From Selaginella moellendorffii (Eukaryota; Plantae; Lycopodiophyta), in the NCBI RefSeq assembly GCF_000143415.4, contig NW_003314292.1:1371498-1435497 (forward strand): a stretch of 64,000 bases of DNA, read 5' to 3'. Of this stretch, positions 49,968 to 63,315 are shown one piece after another (position 1 is the first letter of the stretch; every line of letters begins with the position of its first letter). The notes under the pieces were generated by a model, which searched no databases, had not been told where the DNA came from, and saw nothing but the letters and a program-made list of their open reading frames with translations. Made by a program: the position numbers and the translations under genes.

Positions 49968-51260
49968 CTAACAAGATAGATGAATTATTCGATCCTTCCA
50001 CCCGAAGGGCCCGTCGCCACCTTCCTCCAAAGCCCTGGCGTTCATGCTGGTAGTCGCTGGGCACCTCTCGCCCGAGAAGCACTCCGGCCAGCGATTCGTG
50101 AAGACGACTCGGGATTCACCCGGCGGGAAGACCTCGCCTCTCACCATGGCCTCGAAGTTAGCGTCGCCGCCGCCGCCACCACTCTCGCGAGCCATAAAGA
50201 TCGGTGCCAGAGCCTTCCTGTTGGGCTGGATGGACGCCCGGAAGCCGTAGTAAAGCCTGTGGCCCAGGAGCAAAGTTGCTAAGAACCGGCGTAAGTTGGC
50301 ATGAAGACGTCCGAGAGCAAGCACACCATGTAGTCCACCGCCGGTCTCAGCCCCCTCGGCCTGAACAGCTTCCAGCCCCTCCGGAGCAGCGACGGTGGTG
50401 CGATTCTCTAGGTGAGGATACAGTGGCTGCATGAACGTCTCGCCTCGAAAGATGTCGCCCGCTGCGAGGTAGAGGCGCGTCGAGTTGTCGAGGCCCATTG
50501 CCTGGAGGATGAACCTACTTCTTCCGGTGTCAAGGGACAGTTCCCGATCAAGCGCCTCTCGTTGTAGACGAGGCGCTTCTTGGCAAAGTTTTGCTCGCGG
50601 TACTTTCATAGTATCTCCTGTTCTTCCGGTTTGAAGATGGCGAGGCACCTAAGAGAAGCTTGTCAGTGGAGGAAGAATGCAAAAGTCGAAAGTACGTACC
50701 CAGGGAGGTGGATCGACATGAAGTGGCCTTCAGCGCGGAGCCTGCTGCATCACGTCCGGTTTGAAACGACTCTTGACGTCTGCAACATCAAAAACAACTA
50801 TTTGCTCTTTATCCTAACCAGGGACGAGAAAGCAGAAGATAAAAGGACCTTTTATCGTTCCACAGAGAGTATCCTACTCCGGCAACACAGGCATTGCATT
50901 CATTATCCTCGCTGCCAAAACTGCATTGCAAATCTGCAGAGCCACACTGATGAAGCTGGAAATAAAAAGCAAGGAAACTAGAATGTCTCCGCTGCTGGTT
51001 AAGCCCACCATTGTAACGAACGACGAGATCGCCATTGCCTTCCTTGGGAGTGGCTGCAAGATAGTTCACTAAGTTACATAGGAAGAAGAGCAAGATATGA
51101 GAAAAACACTCGACAATTACTTACGCGGCCTCCAGCCAGAAGAAGAAGCTGCCAGAAAAAGAGAACAAAAAAAGGAGACAAACAAGTATAAAAGGAAATG
51201 GTGACGAATGCTTACATGCGAGTGAACGATGAGCCGCAATTGCGAGATGGACAATCGACC
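49968..51260 (-). pseudogene. O-fucosyltransferase family (plant PF10250-type) pseudogene
   Basis: NGGLNQQR, QICNAVLAARIMNA, MGLDNSTRLYLAAGDIF and LLGHRLYYGF in mixed frames. Confidence 0.85.
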
Positions 51261-51989
51261 AGAAAATCCCTTCATGCTGGCACCACTTCAATCACAGACC
51301 TCCACTTCCTGTGCCACCAACGCGTGCTGGACGGCTACCGTCGGTGGCCTGGGCGATGCTCAGCATGGCCTCGGGATCCAAATCCAAAAGGGTGCACTGG
51401 AACGCCCTCGCTACCACTGTCACCGGAAGAACTTCGCATTGTCCTTCCCGTCCGAGAGAAGCATGATGCTCGACACGGGGTTCCTGTTCTTGCGTGGAGA
51501 AAATCGACTCCGGCCTTTAGCCCGGACGGATCTCAGTTCCTCCGGGGCTCACTGCACTGATTGCCGCAGCTCGACCGGCGTGTATCATCCTCTTGACTTT
51601 GGGCTCGGCCGATCACGAGGCGGTCCTGCTGTTGCAAATTCCGGATCACAAACTCCTCCATGGCGGTCTTGACGCACACAGATCGACCGGGGCACGGGCA
51701 TTGTCCCAATCACTAGCCAGCTAGCTCCTCGCCGAGATGGAAGATCGAGCGTGAGATCCATCCTGCTTACCTCGGATTTCTCAGACCCTGCCCCCATAGC
51801 TCCTGGAAATTATGACCTAAACGAAGAGAAATTTTTGAAACTTTATAGGTATATTCGTTATTTTGGACGATCTAACTGATTTATGATTTACAGAACTATA
51901 AGTAAAGTAGCTTATATAACCTTAGAAGCAGAAAAACTTGTAGCACAGTGTGGTAGAAATTTAGCCAGTGACATGGGCCAACTAAATGA

Positions 51990-54900
51990 ATTCGATAATT
52001 TTCCTTTTCTGGGTGGTACAAATTATAAAGATGGAATTTATGCTTCTGATTGAGTTATCAAATATACATTTCCATTTATTTATTCTCCTTGTGATTCTCA
52101 AGATCTTTTATTTCTCTCATTATTATGTAGTGATTAACTATATATCTTTGATCTATTACAATCAATTAATGAATAAAGTAGTGGTCTAGAATTTAAAAAT
52201 GTTTGGCCTTCTTTAGGAATTATCCTACACTCTCCAAGTGTATAAAACTCTCGATAATATTAACTATCTAATTTACATTCATTGCTTGTTTTTACTTATG
52301 TCATTCAAACCCTAGAAACAGTTGAAGTTATGTTCTAATTGATAAAACTATGCCAAAAAGTTTTTTAAAAAACATTAAAACTATAATTTTTAGTGTTGAG
52401 ATAAAGGTGGAACAAGAAATTTAAATTTTTATTTGCTAAGAGTTTTGTTAAGAAGATTTGGGGCTTTAGAAAGAGGTAGTTATATTTTTTTATTTCTTTC
52501 TTTGCCACATAAATTGTTTTTCAAGGTGAGCTATAATATTTATTTATCATAAAAGTTTCTATTCATTATTATATTTTGTAAATACATCATAATAAAGAGC
52601 ATTCAAATTAGTGAGGTTAAGGGTTTAAAACTTATATGTAAGGAGCGATGATAAGGTTGAGCTCCAAGATGAAAAAAACTTTTAATAAAGTAGTGACTAT
52701 AGTAAGTTGTTGGTAATGCTAGTTTTTATTTAATCACAATTTTTTTATTATTTTATTTTATAAATATTTAATGATGACCAAATGAAGGATAAACCCTTGA
52801 GTTTGCCATGAGAACATATAACATTTGAAGATAAAGGTTTTGACACTTATAAAATAATTAATTATTTTATCTATAAAGCTTTATATTTAATGTTTTCTTT
52901 TGTAGATCCCTTATAATTGTGAGCTCTTGAGTTTGGACTTCCCGGGATGTCACCCAGCCTAATACTATTCACAGTACTATTCAAACCTAAGGACACTTAA
53001 CCCCAAGTATCCCAAAACCCTTAACCAATTGGAAAAGAGGGTGCACTCTTATTCATGGGCCCTTTCCTTTTATATTTGAACCTTATGGATTATTTTTCAA
53101 GTCGTTCCCTTTGGTTGCTTACAATCCACCACGCTTCCCTGTAAGTTCACGCCCTCGTGAACGGAAGCTGAGAACCACAGTTCTCCCGAGAGCCCCGCTC
53201 TCTTGACACCCTACCCATCGGGAGCAAAACTGGACAAGCTAAATGTCAATCAACATATGGTGTGATTCCCCTAGCCAACCAACAGAGTCGGACCTAAAAC
53301 CTCTTTAATACCAAATGTGAGCTTCTGAGTTTGGACTTCCCGGGAAGTCATACTATTCAAACCCAAGGACATTTAACCCAAGTATCCTAAGACCCTTAAC
53401 CGATTGGAAAAGGGGGTGCACTTTTATTCATGGGCCCTTTCCTTTTATATTTGAACCCCAGAGACCGTCTATCAAGTCGTTCCCTTTAGTTGCTTACAAT
53501 AATCAGCAAATGGAGAATGACTCTAAATAGTAACACAATAAGCAAAAGTGTTATTTATAAATAAATCTATATTAAGTTTTATATTCACTATTTATTGAGA
53601 TACTATAGATGAATAATATTACACACTAGTATATCAATATGGTATACATTGATCTCACACTCATTATATAATTTTATTTCTCATTATTATCTACATCCTT
53701 TACATTCACTAACAAAAGCTAAACAAAATAAAAAGTTCAGCCAAATATTTTATACAAATAAAAAATTATAATAAACTTTGCACTCATTATTTATGCATAT
53801 CTTAAGTGGTCTACTTCCAAGCACTATCCATACTATATATTTATAAACTTTATAGCATCAAAATATACTTAAATGTTTTTTAGAGTTATCCTACCTTCTC
53901 CACATTTCATATAGTGATAATTTAAAAATGCTAATTATCTTGTTTACATTGATTCCTATTTTCTATCCAAACCCTTAAAATAATTAAAGTTATGTTTCAA
54001 TTAACGTTTTCAAGAAAATGTTAAAACCTTAAATTCTACTACTAAGATAAAAGCAAAATAAAAGATTGAATAGCCATTTCTTTAGGATATGAAGAACTTT
54101 CATCCCCCACTCAATACCTAGATATATATAACAATAAAATTTAAATTTACATTTGCTAAAAGTTGTATTAAAATTTAGAGGATTAATGCTGAGCTCAAAG
54201 TTATATTTTTTTATTTCCTTTTTATGCCACAAAAAAAATATTTTTCAAATAAGCTATTAGTTTTATTTATAAATAAAGTTTTCTATTCACTCTTTTATTT
54301 GTAAATTCCTCACAATGGTAATATTTAAACTAGTGCGGTTGAAGATTCGAGAGTTATATACTAGTAAATTCTATTTATTAATTTGTCATAAAGCTTTATA
54401 TTTATCAAAATGAGCAAGTGAAAAATAAAAAGACAAGTTTTTGTTAATATTGATTTTTATTTAATTATAGCGATTTTTACAATTTTATTTTATATATATT
54501 TTATGATGAGCAATGGGATGATGACCCTTTAGTTGATGCAAAATTAACATTAAGTAAATAATGGTGCACTCAAAATGGTATGTATTGATATTACATTTAT
54601 TATGCAATTGTTATTTCTCATTATTATCTATATTACCCTTACATTTGAAAATAAAAGTGAAGTAGAATAAAAAGTTTAGCAAAACTTTTCATATATTACA
54701 TTTATAAACCCTCGTACAACATTAAAATATATTTAGATTTATTTTGGAACTATTTTACACTTTCCATAGCTCACACAGTGACAATTTAAAAATGTTAACT
54801 ATTTAAGTTGCATTCATTATTATTTTTCTACTTATGTTGTTCAAACTCTTGAAATAGTTAAACTTATGTTTTAATTGATGTAACTGTGCTAAAAAGATTT

Positions 54901-57200
54901 TAAAGAAACTCTAAATTCTGAATTTTTAATGTTGAAATGGAGATGGAGTGAGAGATTAAATGGCCCCTTCTCTGAGATGTGGAAAATAATGAAATTAGTC
55001 GAAAGAGTTTTATATTACAAATATATTAAAGTTACAATAATTGGTAGTAAAAATAAATTACAAATATTGCAGGTAGTAAGATTCTACGACCACAAAATTC
55101 ACTAGTGGAGAACCCTTTCCTGTCCGATACTTTAAGTATACATAACAATAAAGTTTTAATTTTTATTTACCAAGGGTTGTGTTAGGGTCTGGAACATTAA
55201 CACCATGAAGATCTAGGGCTTTACAAGGAGGTAATTACATTTCTTTACTATAAAATTTTTATTTTGAACTAAATTATTAAATTTTTTTTTTCACAAGTTT
55301 TTTATTCACTTGTACATCCCTCACAATGAATAACATATAACTACTAGGGTTGAGATTTTGAAACTTATATGATAATAAACTGTATTAGTTATTTCATTAC
55401 AAAACATAAATTTTCACTTGTAGATCCTTACAGAAAAATAAAAAATAGAAGTTTTTGGTAGTGTTAATTTTTATTTAAACATAATTTTTATTACTATTTT
55501 GTTTTATAAATCTCTCATGATAAGCAAAGAAAGATAAGCCCCAAAGACAAAGGACTAAACAAAATTTAGTGAATTGCAAGTAAGAGAAATGAAGATTATT
55601 TAACAAAATTATTTAAAGATGTTATGAGCTAAAATTAAAACTTTTGAAAAATGTCCAAAGCTTATTAAAAATGAAGTGCAATCACATTAGCATTTATAAT
55701 TTTATAATTATTGATCTAGAACATTTTAGAAACAGCTTTAACCTCTTTTAAACACTATTAATCATTTCAAGAAAGGGGGTTGAGCCTAAATTAACCCTTT
55801 TTTTATATCATTTTCCTTATTTTTATAGTTATCTATTTTATTAATTTTTTTAGAGCTTTTTTGTTTTTTAACATAGGATTTCCTTTCACTCTATGCATAT
55901 TTACATTAGACTCTAAATGTTATAATTGATTTCAATTTTTTTTAAAATATTGGATAACACAAGTAGAAAATAATAATAAATGTAGGCTAAATAGCTAGCA
56001 TCCTTAAATTATTATTATGTGGGTTGTGAAGAGTATAAGATAGCTCTAAAAAAAGTCTAAGTATATTTAAATGTTAGACCACCACTTTATTCATAAACTA
56101 ATTATAATGGACCAAAGATATACAATTGATCATTGCATAATAAAGAGAGAATGTATATTAAATTTTTTGAAAGTCACAAAAATAGAAATATTGGAATGTA
56201 TATTTGATAGCTCAATCAAGAGTTTGAACTCCAATATTAAAAACATTCCCAACTATGTAGGGAATAGAGAAAAGAAAGAGGCTCATAAATAAAGTAGATA
56301 TTTAAATAAAATAATAATTGTAAAATTCATTACATTTTTACTTGCATGAAGAGTTTCGTTAAACTATTTACTACCAAATGTAGGGGACCTAGACAATAGT
56401 GATAATAAATAGTGAGTATATATATTAGTATAAATTTACTTACAAGTAACAATTTTGTTTTTTTTCTTTTATTTTTTTTTTGCTCATCATAAAGGATTTA
56501 CAAAAGAAAATATAAAATATAAAATTTTATTAGTAAAATAATTAATATGTAAATATCAAAGCTTTTATCTTTACACTAAGGGTTTATCCTCCCCTTGCTC
56601 ATCATAAAATATGTAAAATAAAATATTAAATTTTTTTATAAATAAATAAATATATATATTACCAATAATTTGTATCCTTTATTCTCCACTTGTTACATTG
56701 TGAAAAATTTTAAAAAGTGAATATAAATTTTTATTGTAAAATACTTAATAGACTTTACTCACATATAAGTATTAAAGCCTTAACCCCATTAGTTTAAATG
56801 CTCCTTATTATGAGGGATCTACAAGTAAATAAAGAGTGAATAAAAAGTTTTATAAGTAAATAAAAACCAATAGCTTACATGAAAAATCATTTTTCCATAG
56901 CAAAGAAAGGAAACAAAGAAATGTAACTACTTCTATCTTCTTTTTAAACCCTAAATCTTCTTAGTGTTAATCCTCTAAATCTTAATACAAACTTTGGCAT
57001 ATGAGAATTTAAACCTTAGTGTTATGCATATTTAAGGATTAAGTAGAGGAGGAAATTTCTCCACATCCTAAAGAAAAAATCACTCAATTTCTTACACCGT
57101 CTTTATTTCAATACTAGAAACTAAGGTTCTAGTGTTTTCTTAAAATCTTTTTGGTGCAAAATTCAAGTTTAAAAACAAAAATAACATATGGCTATCAATG
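51990..57200. repeat. AT-rich array of diverged ~0.7 kb units (direct at ~52.3, 53.9, 54.8 kb; inverted at ~56.4-57.2 kb; 52030-52200 inverted at 56065-56260)
   Basis: Recurrent colinear motifs, for example gaataaagtagtggtcta vs tagaccaccactttattc, and aaagttt..tattca. Confidence 0.6.
52918..53498 (-). mobile_element. Cassandra-type TRIM with 5S rRNA-derived LTRs
   Basis: LTRs 52918-53123 and 53316-53498 (TG..CA); 5-bp TSD ataat at 52913-52917 and 53499-53503. Minus-strand PBS tggtattaaag (tRNA-Met-like) and purine tract agggaagcgtggtggat. The LTR core ggacttcccgggatgtcacccagcctaatacta..cacttaac matches antisense 5S rRNA. Confidence 0.93.
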
Positions 57201-58334
57201 CATCCAAGAAAAAAAAACTATCTATCTTAAACAAACACCACATTTCCAATTGAAAAAATCCAACATTCTTAGAAGAAATTCAAATGAAGATCCTAAAAAA
57301 AAAGAGAGAAGAGCCCAAAAGCCAATAGTGGTAGAATAAAGTACTTAGTAAGGAAAAGCATTTGATGGTTGAGAAAGCCATTAGGAAAGAGTGTCAAGTG
57401 TGAGAGCTTTTCCTCCTTGTTTATGTATAACTATGGAATAATCAAACACTTACCAATAATCAACATTTATTTATGGCATTCAAGTGTTTGTTTTGAGCAT
57501 ATGTTGTGAGATTTAAGTTGTAACACTAGGTCTCCTACAATAATTATAATATAAAGCAAATGCTTTGCCTTTTCTATATCTTGGGCTTGAGCTATGCATT
57601 AAAAATGGCTTTAGAGAAAAGAATACAAAGTAATATTAACCAAAATTTTGGCATATTTCAAATGCCCAGTTGAGGAATTATCACTCAAACCTTTGATAGT
57701 TGATATTAAGGGAAGGTAAGGTGGGGTTTTGGTTGGTAGCCTCTGTAGGCTCATATTACATTGTCTATACAATCATTGTGCATAAAAAAGCTAATCCCCC
57801 TTCACTATATTCTCAATTTTAAATTACAAAGGAAATTTAATAATTGTTAGATTTATATTTGGTATACTCAATCCATAAATGACAAAGATGGCGACTTTCC
57901 TTATGCTTATGCTTGTCTGCATATTGGAATATCCACTCAAGAGCCTGCAAAACAAATATGGTCTAGTCAAGAAGTAAGTGCCCGATCTACATACAAGTAA
58001 TTGAGGGTATTTAGCTTTGGAGGCACCAAGAAATTATTTTACCAATAGCCATGAAAAGTTTGATGTTAAGCCTTCAAATCTTGAATAAGATATGTGCTAG
58101 TTTTGAAATCTTAAAGACATGTTAAAGTTTTTAAGTCATGAATTCCTTTTATCAGCAACAAAATTACCCTACTTTCCTGACTATTTGGGATTTCCTCAAT
58201 GCCTAGAATTCCCAGCCTCATAGAGAACTTGACTGTTCTTTTATTTTAATGTTGATAAATTTTGAATAACTTTATAAACTTTTACTATAGCTAAATATTA
58301 CTGAATTGAGTACTGTTCTAAAAGTGATGATTGA

Positions 58335-58430
58335 TCATGCTAATAAACATAGAATTCCTCTATGGAGAAAGAGAACACTCCAGCCAAACATGTCAACTGT
58401 GAAGATTGAGATTTCATTCAATTATCAGTA
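58335..58430 (-). pseudogene. Small decayed STP exon-3 fragment
   Basis: aaacatagaattcctctatggagaaagagaac matches 44720-44800. Confidence 0.75.
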
Positions 58431-58754
58431 CAACCCTTGTACTGTTTTGCTTATTTGCGAGTGATGAAATGAGAAGAAATCCTCCAACTATTGACTTTGG
58501 TAATATTTAAAAATTATAGATTTTCACTAGAACTTTTGCATCCATAGTAAACATCAATCATCTTAACCTTTATTATAAGGATGGATTTCTTAAAATAAAT
58601 AACAACTTATACCACCTAAGAAGAGTGAATAGTCAAACTTACCATAATTGGCCTATGTAACTGACAAATATTTTACCAATTGCTCACTAACAATATGGTT
58701 CTATATAAAGATCTAAAAACTCATTAAGCTTTTTAATTAAATACACATGCAATT

Positions 58755-59860
58755 CTTAGTCAAAAGTCTCCCTACAACAAGATTCCTTAGCCAACAAAAA
58801 GGTGGCACCTTATTCTTAGTTTGCAAGATTCAATTAGGTTTGCAACTATCCTTCGGCCACTTCAATTTAGTAGCATCTTTGCTAAAAATTGAGGCCAAAA
58901 GGTGCAAATTCTACTATGTGCCCAAGCAAGAATCTAGCAAACAACAAGAAAAATAAATAAAGATTACTTCACAAAATTACTCATGGATGCCCTATTGCCA
59001 ATGACCGACTATGAGTTACAACCAAAATTCTCCAAAACATTCCAAATCTCACTAAAACTAAATGCAATCTCACTAATACTCACAATCTCTTCATTATTCA
59101 CTAAAAATACTCCAAAATTACTTTTAGACATTGTTTGAACAGCTTTTGAGGCCTAGCTTAGCCCTCTTCCTTATATCTTCTTCTTAAAACTAAATCTCCT
59201 ATAACTGGATTGTAAATTCTCATCCATGCTTTATCTCATAGTGAAAATATTAAGCACCCAAATCATAGAAGAATATCCTAGTGCATTTCCTCTCATTGCC
59301 TAAACACACCTTTGATTATTTCTAATGTTTTAATTCCACTTCAACTAATAGATATAGAATTTTCTGTTTTGGAAGCTAATTATCCATATGCTAGCCTTTG
59401 CTTCTATTTTAACTTGGGGGGGCATTGGCCTAGCCAAAAGTCTCCCCACATTAGGATTTAAGAAACTTTATTCATTGAAAATTTTCACCAACCAAGAAAA
59501 GATGGCACCCAATTCCTAATTTACAAGGTTTAATTGGGTTTGCAACTATCGTTTGGATTTAATAGGATTTTTGCTAAAACCTAGGCCAAGAGGCACTTTA
59601 CCATGTAAATTCTATTATGTGCGTCTAAGCAAGAATCTAATGAGTTGCAAGGAAAATAAACAAGGATTATTTTATAAAATTGCTTAAGAACACTCTATTG
59701 CCAATGGCCAACTGTGAATTATAACCAAAATTCTTCAAAACACTCCAAAGCTCACTAAAAATTAATAACTTACCTTACTAAGAATACTCCAAAAACACTT
59801 CTTAAACATTTGTAAATGTTTCAGAAAAAGGATGAAGCTTAACCTAGCCCTTCCTTGTTG
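58755..59860. repeat. Two diverged ~420 bp direct repeats (~58755-59175, ~59430-59860)
   Basis: aaaagtctccc..tggcacc..tttgcaactatc..ggccaa..aagcaagaatcta..ctattgccaatg..aaccaaaattct..cactaaaa occurs in both. Confidence 0.8.
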
Positions 59861-60089
59861 TTACCCTCTTTTTTATTGCAAGCTCTCCAACTGATTTCCT
59901 CTATATCTTTATTGTCCTTTAATATATATCTTGACTCCCACAAAATATCTATGCTTCTCTATATCACTGTCAATCAAAACATAACTTAATCCTTGTTCAA
60001 TAAGGTACCCTAAAAATTCCTTTAGTGCTATTTTCAGCTTCAAGTACGATCCAAATGAATTGTGTATTCCTCTTTAGCTCCAATAGAAC

Positions 60090-60467
60090 TTGGAATCATC
60101 TTGCTCCGCCGCATCTCCTCGATTGGGACTTTTTTCGTCTCAAGCAAGAAGAAACGCACGAAGAGTGTCATCCATGTTTACTGCACTGGTCAGCAGATCT
60201 CAAAAGAAAAAACTTCACTGGGAACCAGGCATCCCAAGACCATGCAAAAGAAATCATGTGAATGCCTACTGTGAATCTCTTGGAGCTCTTCGTTCCCCTT
60301 GAACTCGAACTAGCTAAAATAATTCTAGTGGCCACTTTGAAAATCATTGATCATGACGATGATCACTGCTGAATAGAGTGAGGCATTGTGTGGAACCCAA
60401 TCAACTGGAACAGAACCAGAGCATAGAAAGTTATAATATTGATGCTTGTGACTTGTGAATATACATA

Positions 60468-60503
<36 letters not shown>

Positions 60504-60504
60504 C

Positions 60505-60538
<34 letters not shown>

Positions 60539-61385
60539 ACATACATATATATATATACATACATATATATATACATACATATGTATATATATATATATAC
60601 ATATGTATATATATATATATACATATGTATATATATATATATACATATGTATATATATATATACATATGTATATATATGTATATATGTATATATATGTAT
60701 TTATGTATATATATGTATGTATGTATATATATATATACATATATATATATATGTATATATATGTGTATATATATATGTATATGTTTTATATATACATATA
60801 TATTGTATACATGTGTATATGTATATATATATGATAAAGGTACCTGAAGATAGAAATCAAAATGTTTCATCCAGAAGAAACAATTATAGATTTAAATGAG
60901 AATTGAAATTATCATTTACCAAATAGTTAGCTAAACAAACCAAGAACATATCCTAATAAGAACTTTTGGTAAGCATCACCAAATTCTCTGTGGCAGCATT
61001 GAGAGCCCCTCCAATGAGAAAGCTGAGGCCACCAATTAGCATTGTTGGGCGTCACCTCTTGTTGCTCGTCACATAGGACTCTCCAAAAAGAGCTGCAAGA
61101 TAGAGCGAGGACTTGAATGCCTGGAGACCCTGGTTGTCATACTTACAGTAATTGTTCTCGTGGGCAGCGTGCTTGCGGACATAGAAAAACTTGATGAGAA
61201 AATCGTCCATGGCGATCTTATAGGACTCGCTAAGCGTTGAAGCGTCTTCTATACTTGAGATTCCAATGTCATATCCAAATATCAAACCTCTACTGGTGGC
61301 CACGATGCAAGCCAGCAAAACTGGAATTGTAGTAATCGATCTGCTTGTTTGTGAGCAATGGAGAAAGGAGAGATCCTCCAGCCAT
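60090..61385 (-). pseudogene. Decayed full-span STP paralog interrupted by a microsatellite
   Basis: Colinear with 44260-46130, with many deletions and CpG transitions. Confidence 0.9.
60459..60832. repeat. Compound (TA)n/(TACA)n/(TATG)n microsatellite
   Basis: Directly visible. Confidence 0.98.
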
Positions 61386-61691
61386 CGAGGACGAACAAAC
61401 AAACCCAAAACTGTACTTGACAGAACAACAAGACTCAGAAGGCAGCACACTGTGCTGGTCCAAGGTTTAGTCGCCATGCGTGGACTTTGACCAAGAGGAT
61501 ATTTGAATATTTGTCAGCTTTATATTGCTTAAATTCAAACAGAGGTTGAAATTAAAAGGGTAAAGTTTTGAAAATGCATGCACAGCCAAATAATTTCAAA
61601 TTTTTCTGTATTTGTTTTTCTTTTGATTGATTCACTATATAAATTGATGATAAATTCGAAACATACATAAAATTATAATTTTTTTCATTTC

Positions 61692-62143
61692 ATGGCTACT
61701 TATACTTTTATTTCTTATTTTGTCTTTGTGTTGGTCTCTTTCTCATTGGTAATCCTTAAATTTCTATTTTCTTTTTGTACTTACTAATACAAATTCACTA
61801 GGCTATAGCAGACTTTACTGATACTTGTGATATTGAGACCATGAAAATTGAACAGCTTGATGTGAATGATGAGTCCAAAGGATGGCAGCTTGAAGCTACA
61901 TGTGCACCTTTCACAAACAAAATATCAACTATTGTTCTCAACAATTGCATTGGAAATAATAATGGCAATCTTGTAAGAGGTGCTGAATTTCAACGGAGCT
62001 GTGAAGGTGCTAGCATCACAATTTCACCAGACAAGACAGTTAAACTAAGTGCTCTTTGCTATAATTTTCAAGGTGACCAATGACTTTCAAACTTTATCTT
62101 AAATGACATTCTAAGAGCAGAAAATGGTCGAATGATATGTTAG
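61692..62143 (+). pseudogene. Secreted cyanovirin-N homolog (CVNH lectin) with in-frame TGA at 62081-62083; intron 61749-61801
   Basis: Signal peptide MATYTFISYFVFVLVSFSL|AIA, then DFTDTC..LEATC..STIVLNNCIGNNNGNL..FQRSC..LSALC..*LSNFILNDILRAENGRM, which is the two-repeat CVNH pattern. Confidence 0.8.
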
Positions 62144-62374
62144 AATACTGTTTTTTATTGTTTAAGATATAAAATTTAGTCGAAATACTTTAGAATTGTT
62201 TTTCTCTATTTCGTTTGTAATCAAGATTTATACTTATTAAAATTGATACAAAAGAACAGTGACTCCGCTGGCGCACAGCATGACGAGATGGACTGACGCT
62301 GCTTTCCGGAATCCTTTTCCACACAGATGACCGCAAATTAGCACTGGCCGAGCCTTCATGCCCCTTAAAGCTGG

Positions 62375-62900
62375 CGCTCAATTTCAACTTACACGATCAC
62401 GCATGGGCTGCCGGTGGATTGGAGCTGGAGTTTTGCAAAGAGGGAGAAATTGGCACTGGGTGTAGTTTTGCAGGAGCTGATCCGCCAGAACCAAGGCCAC
62501 CATCGCCTCCAGCTGTAAGAAATTGATCGCATTCACGAAATCCACAAAAGGAGAACAGTTTCTTGAATATTACCTCGACACATGATCATCACGACCAGCT
62601 CGCAGCTCGGTACTTTCTTTTGGAATTTCTGTGAGAAGCAAGCAAGCAAGCAAAATCAATGATGGCGAAAGAAAATTTCTGAGAGCCTACAGACGTCAGC
62701 TTGAATGCTATTCTCGTCACTATCGTCTCTCCATTTGAAATTCCTCCCTGCATGAAGTGTTCACAAGCTTGAGAAGAAAAAGAGAGGGATTTATGTTCCA
62801 GATCAAAGTATTTCCTGCGAAAGAATAGTTCTCAAGCATCGTAAACTTTGTCATATGTTTCGATCACACCTAGCATCCCTCAACCAATCCAGTGCGAATG
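62375..62900 (-). pseudogene. Decayed 3' part of chorismate synthase
   Basis: Colinear with ~41680-42370, for example ttgaatgctattctc.tcactatcgtctctccatttgaaattcctccctgcat. Confidence 0.88.
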
Positions 62901-63315
62901 CAGGCAATATTTCATCGAGGCAGCAGCTCCACGCTCGTGTTCTCATGTCATAGGACATTCTTGATCCAAGCTTATGGCAAATGTGATACCGCAAGCAGTC
63001 CTATTTGTGACCGATGGAGCAAGAACAGATCCTCCAGCCTCAGTGGACAGAGTCATTTAATTTCTAAATTTATAGTTAAATTTTTTATAGTTGTCAAGTT
63101 AAAAATTATTATTTTGGCTAATAATTCAAAATATATAAGTCATTTATATGCTTACTAGTGAAGTATAAGTAGTTCAATCAAATTAAGTTTAAAATAATTT
63201 TCTTCTATTTCAGCCATCTAAAAAATACTTTATAGTAGAATAACTATTTGAAATTGTTGTGCAAGCTTCACTTAATAATTGCTAAGAGGTGCACTGTTCA
63301 TCATCCCACTCACCA

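Noticed and set aside
52935-53010. 5S rRNA gene
   Set aside because: Only a partial, diverged 5S segment embedded in Cassandra LTRs.
60325-60899. YI/MY-rich ORFs on both strands
   Set aside because: Translations of the TA microsatellite.
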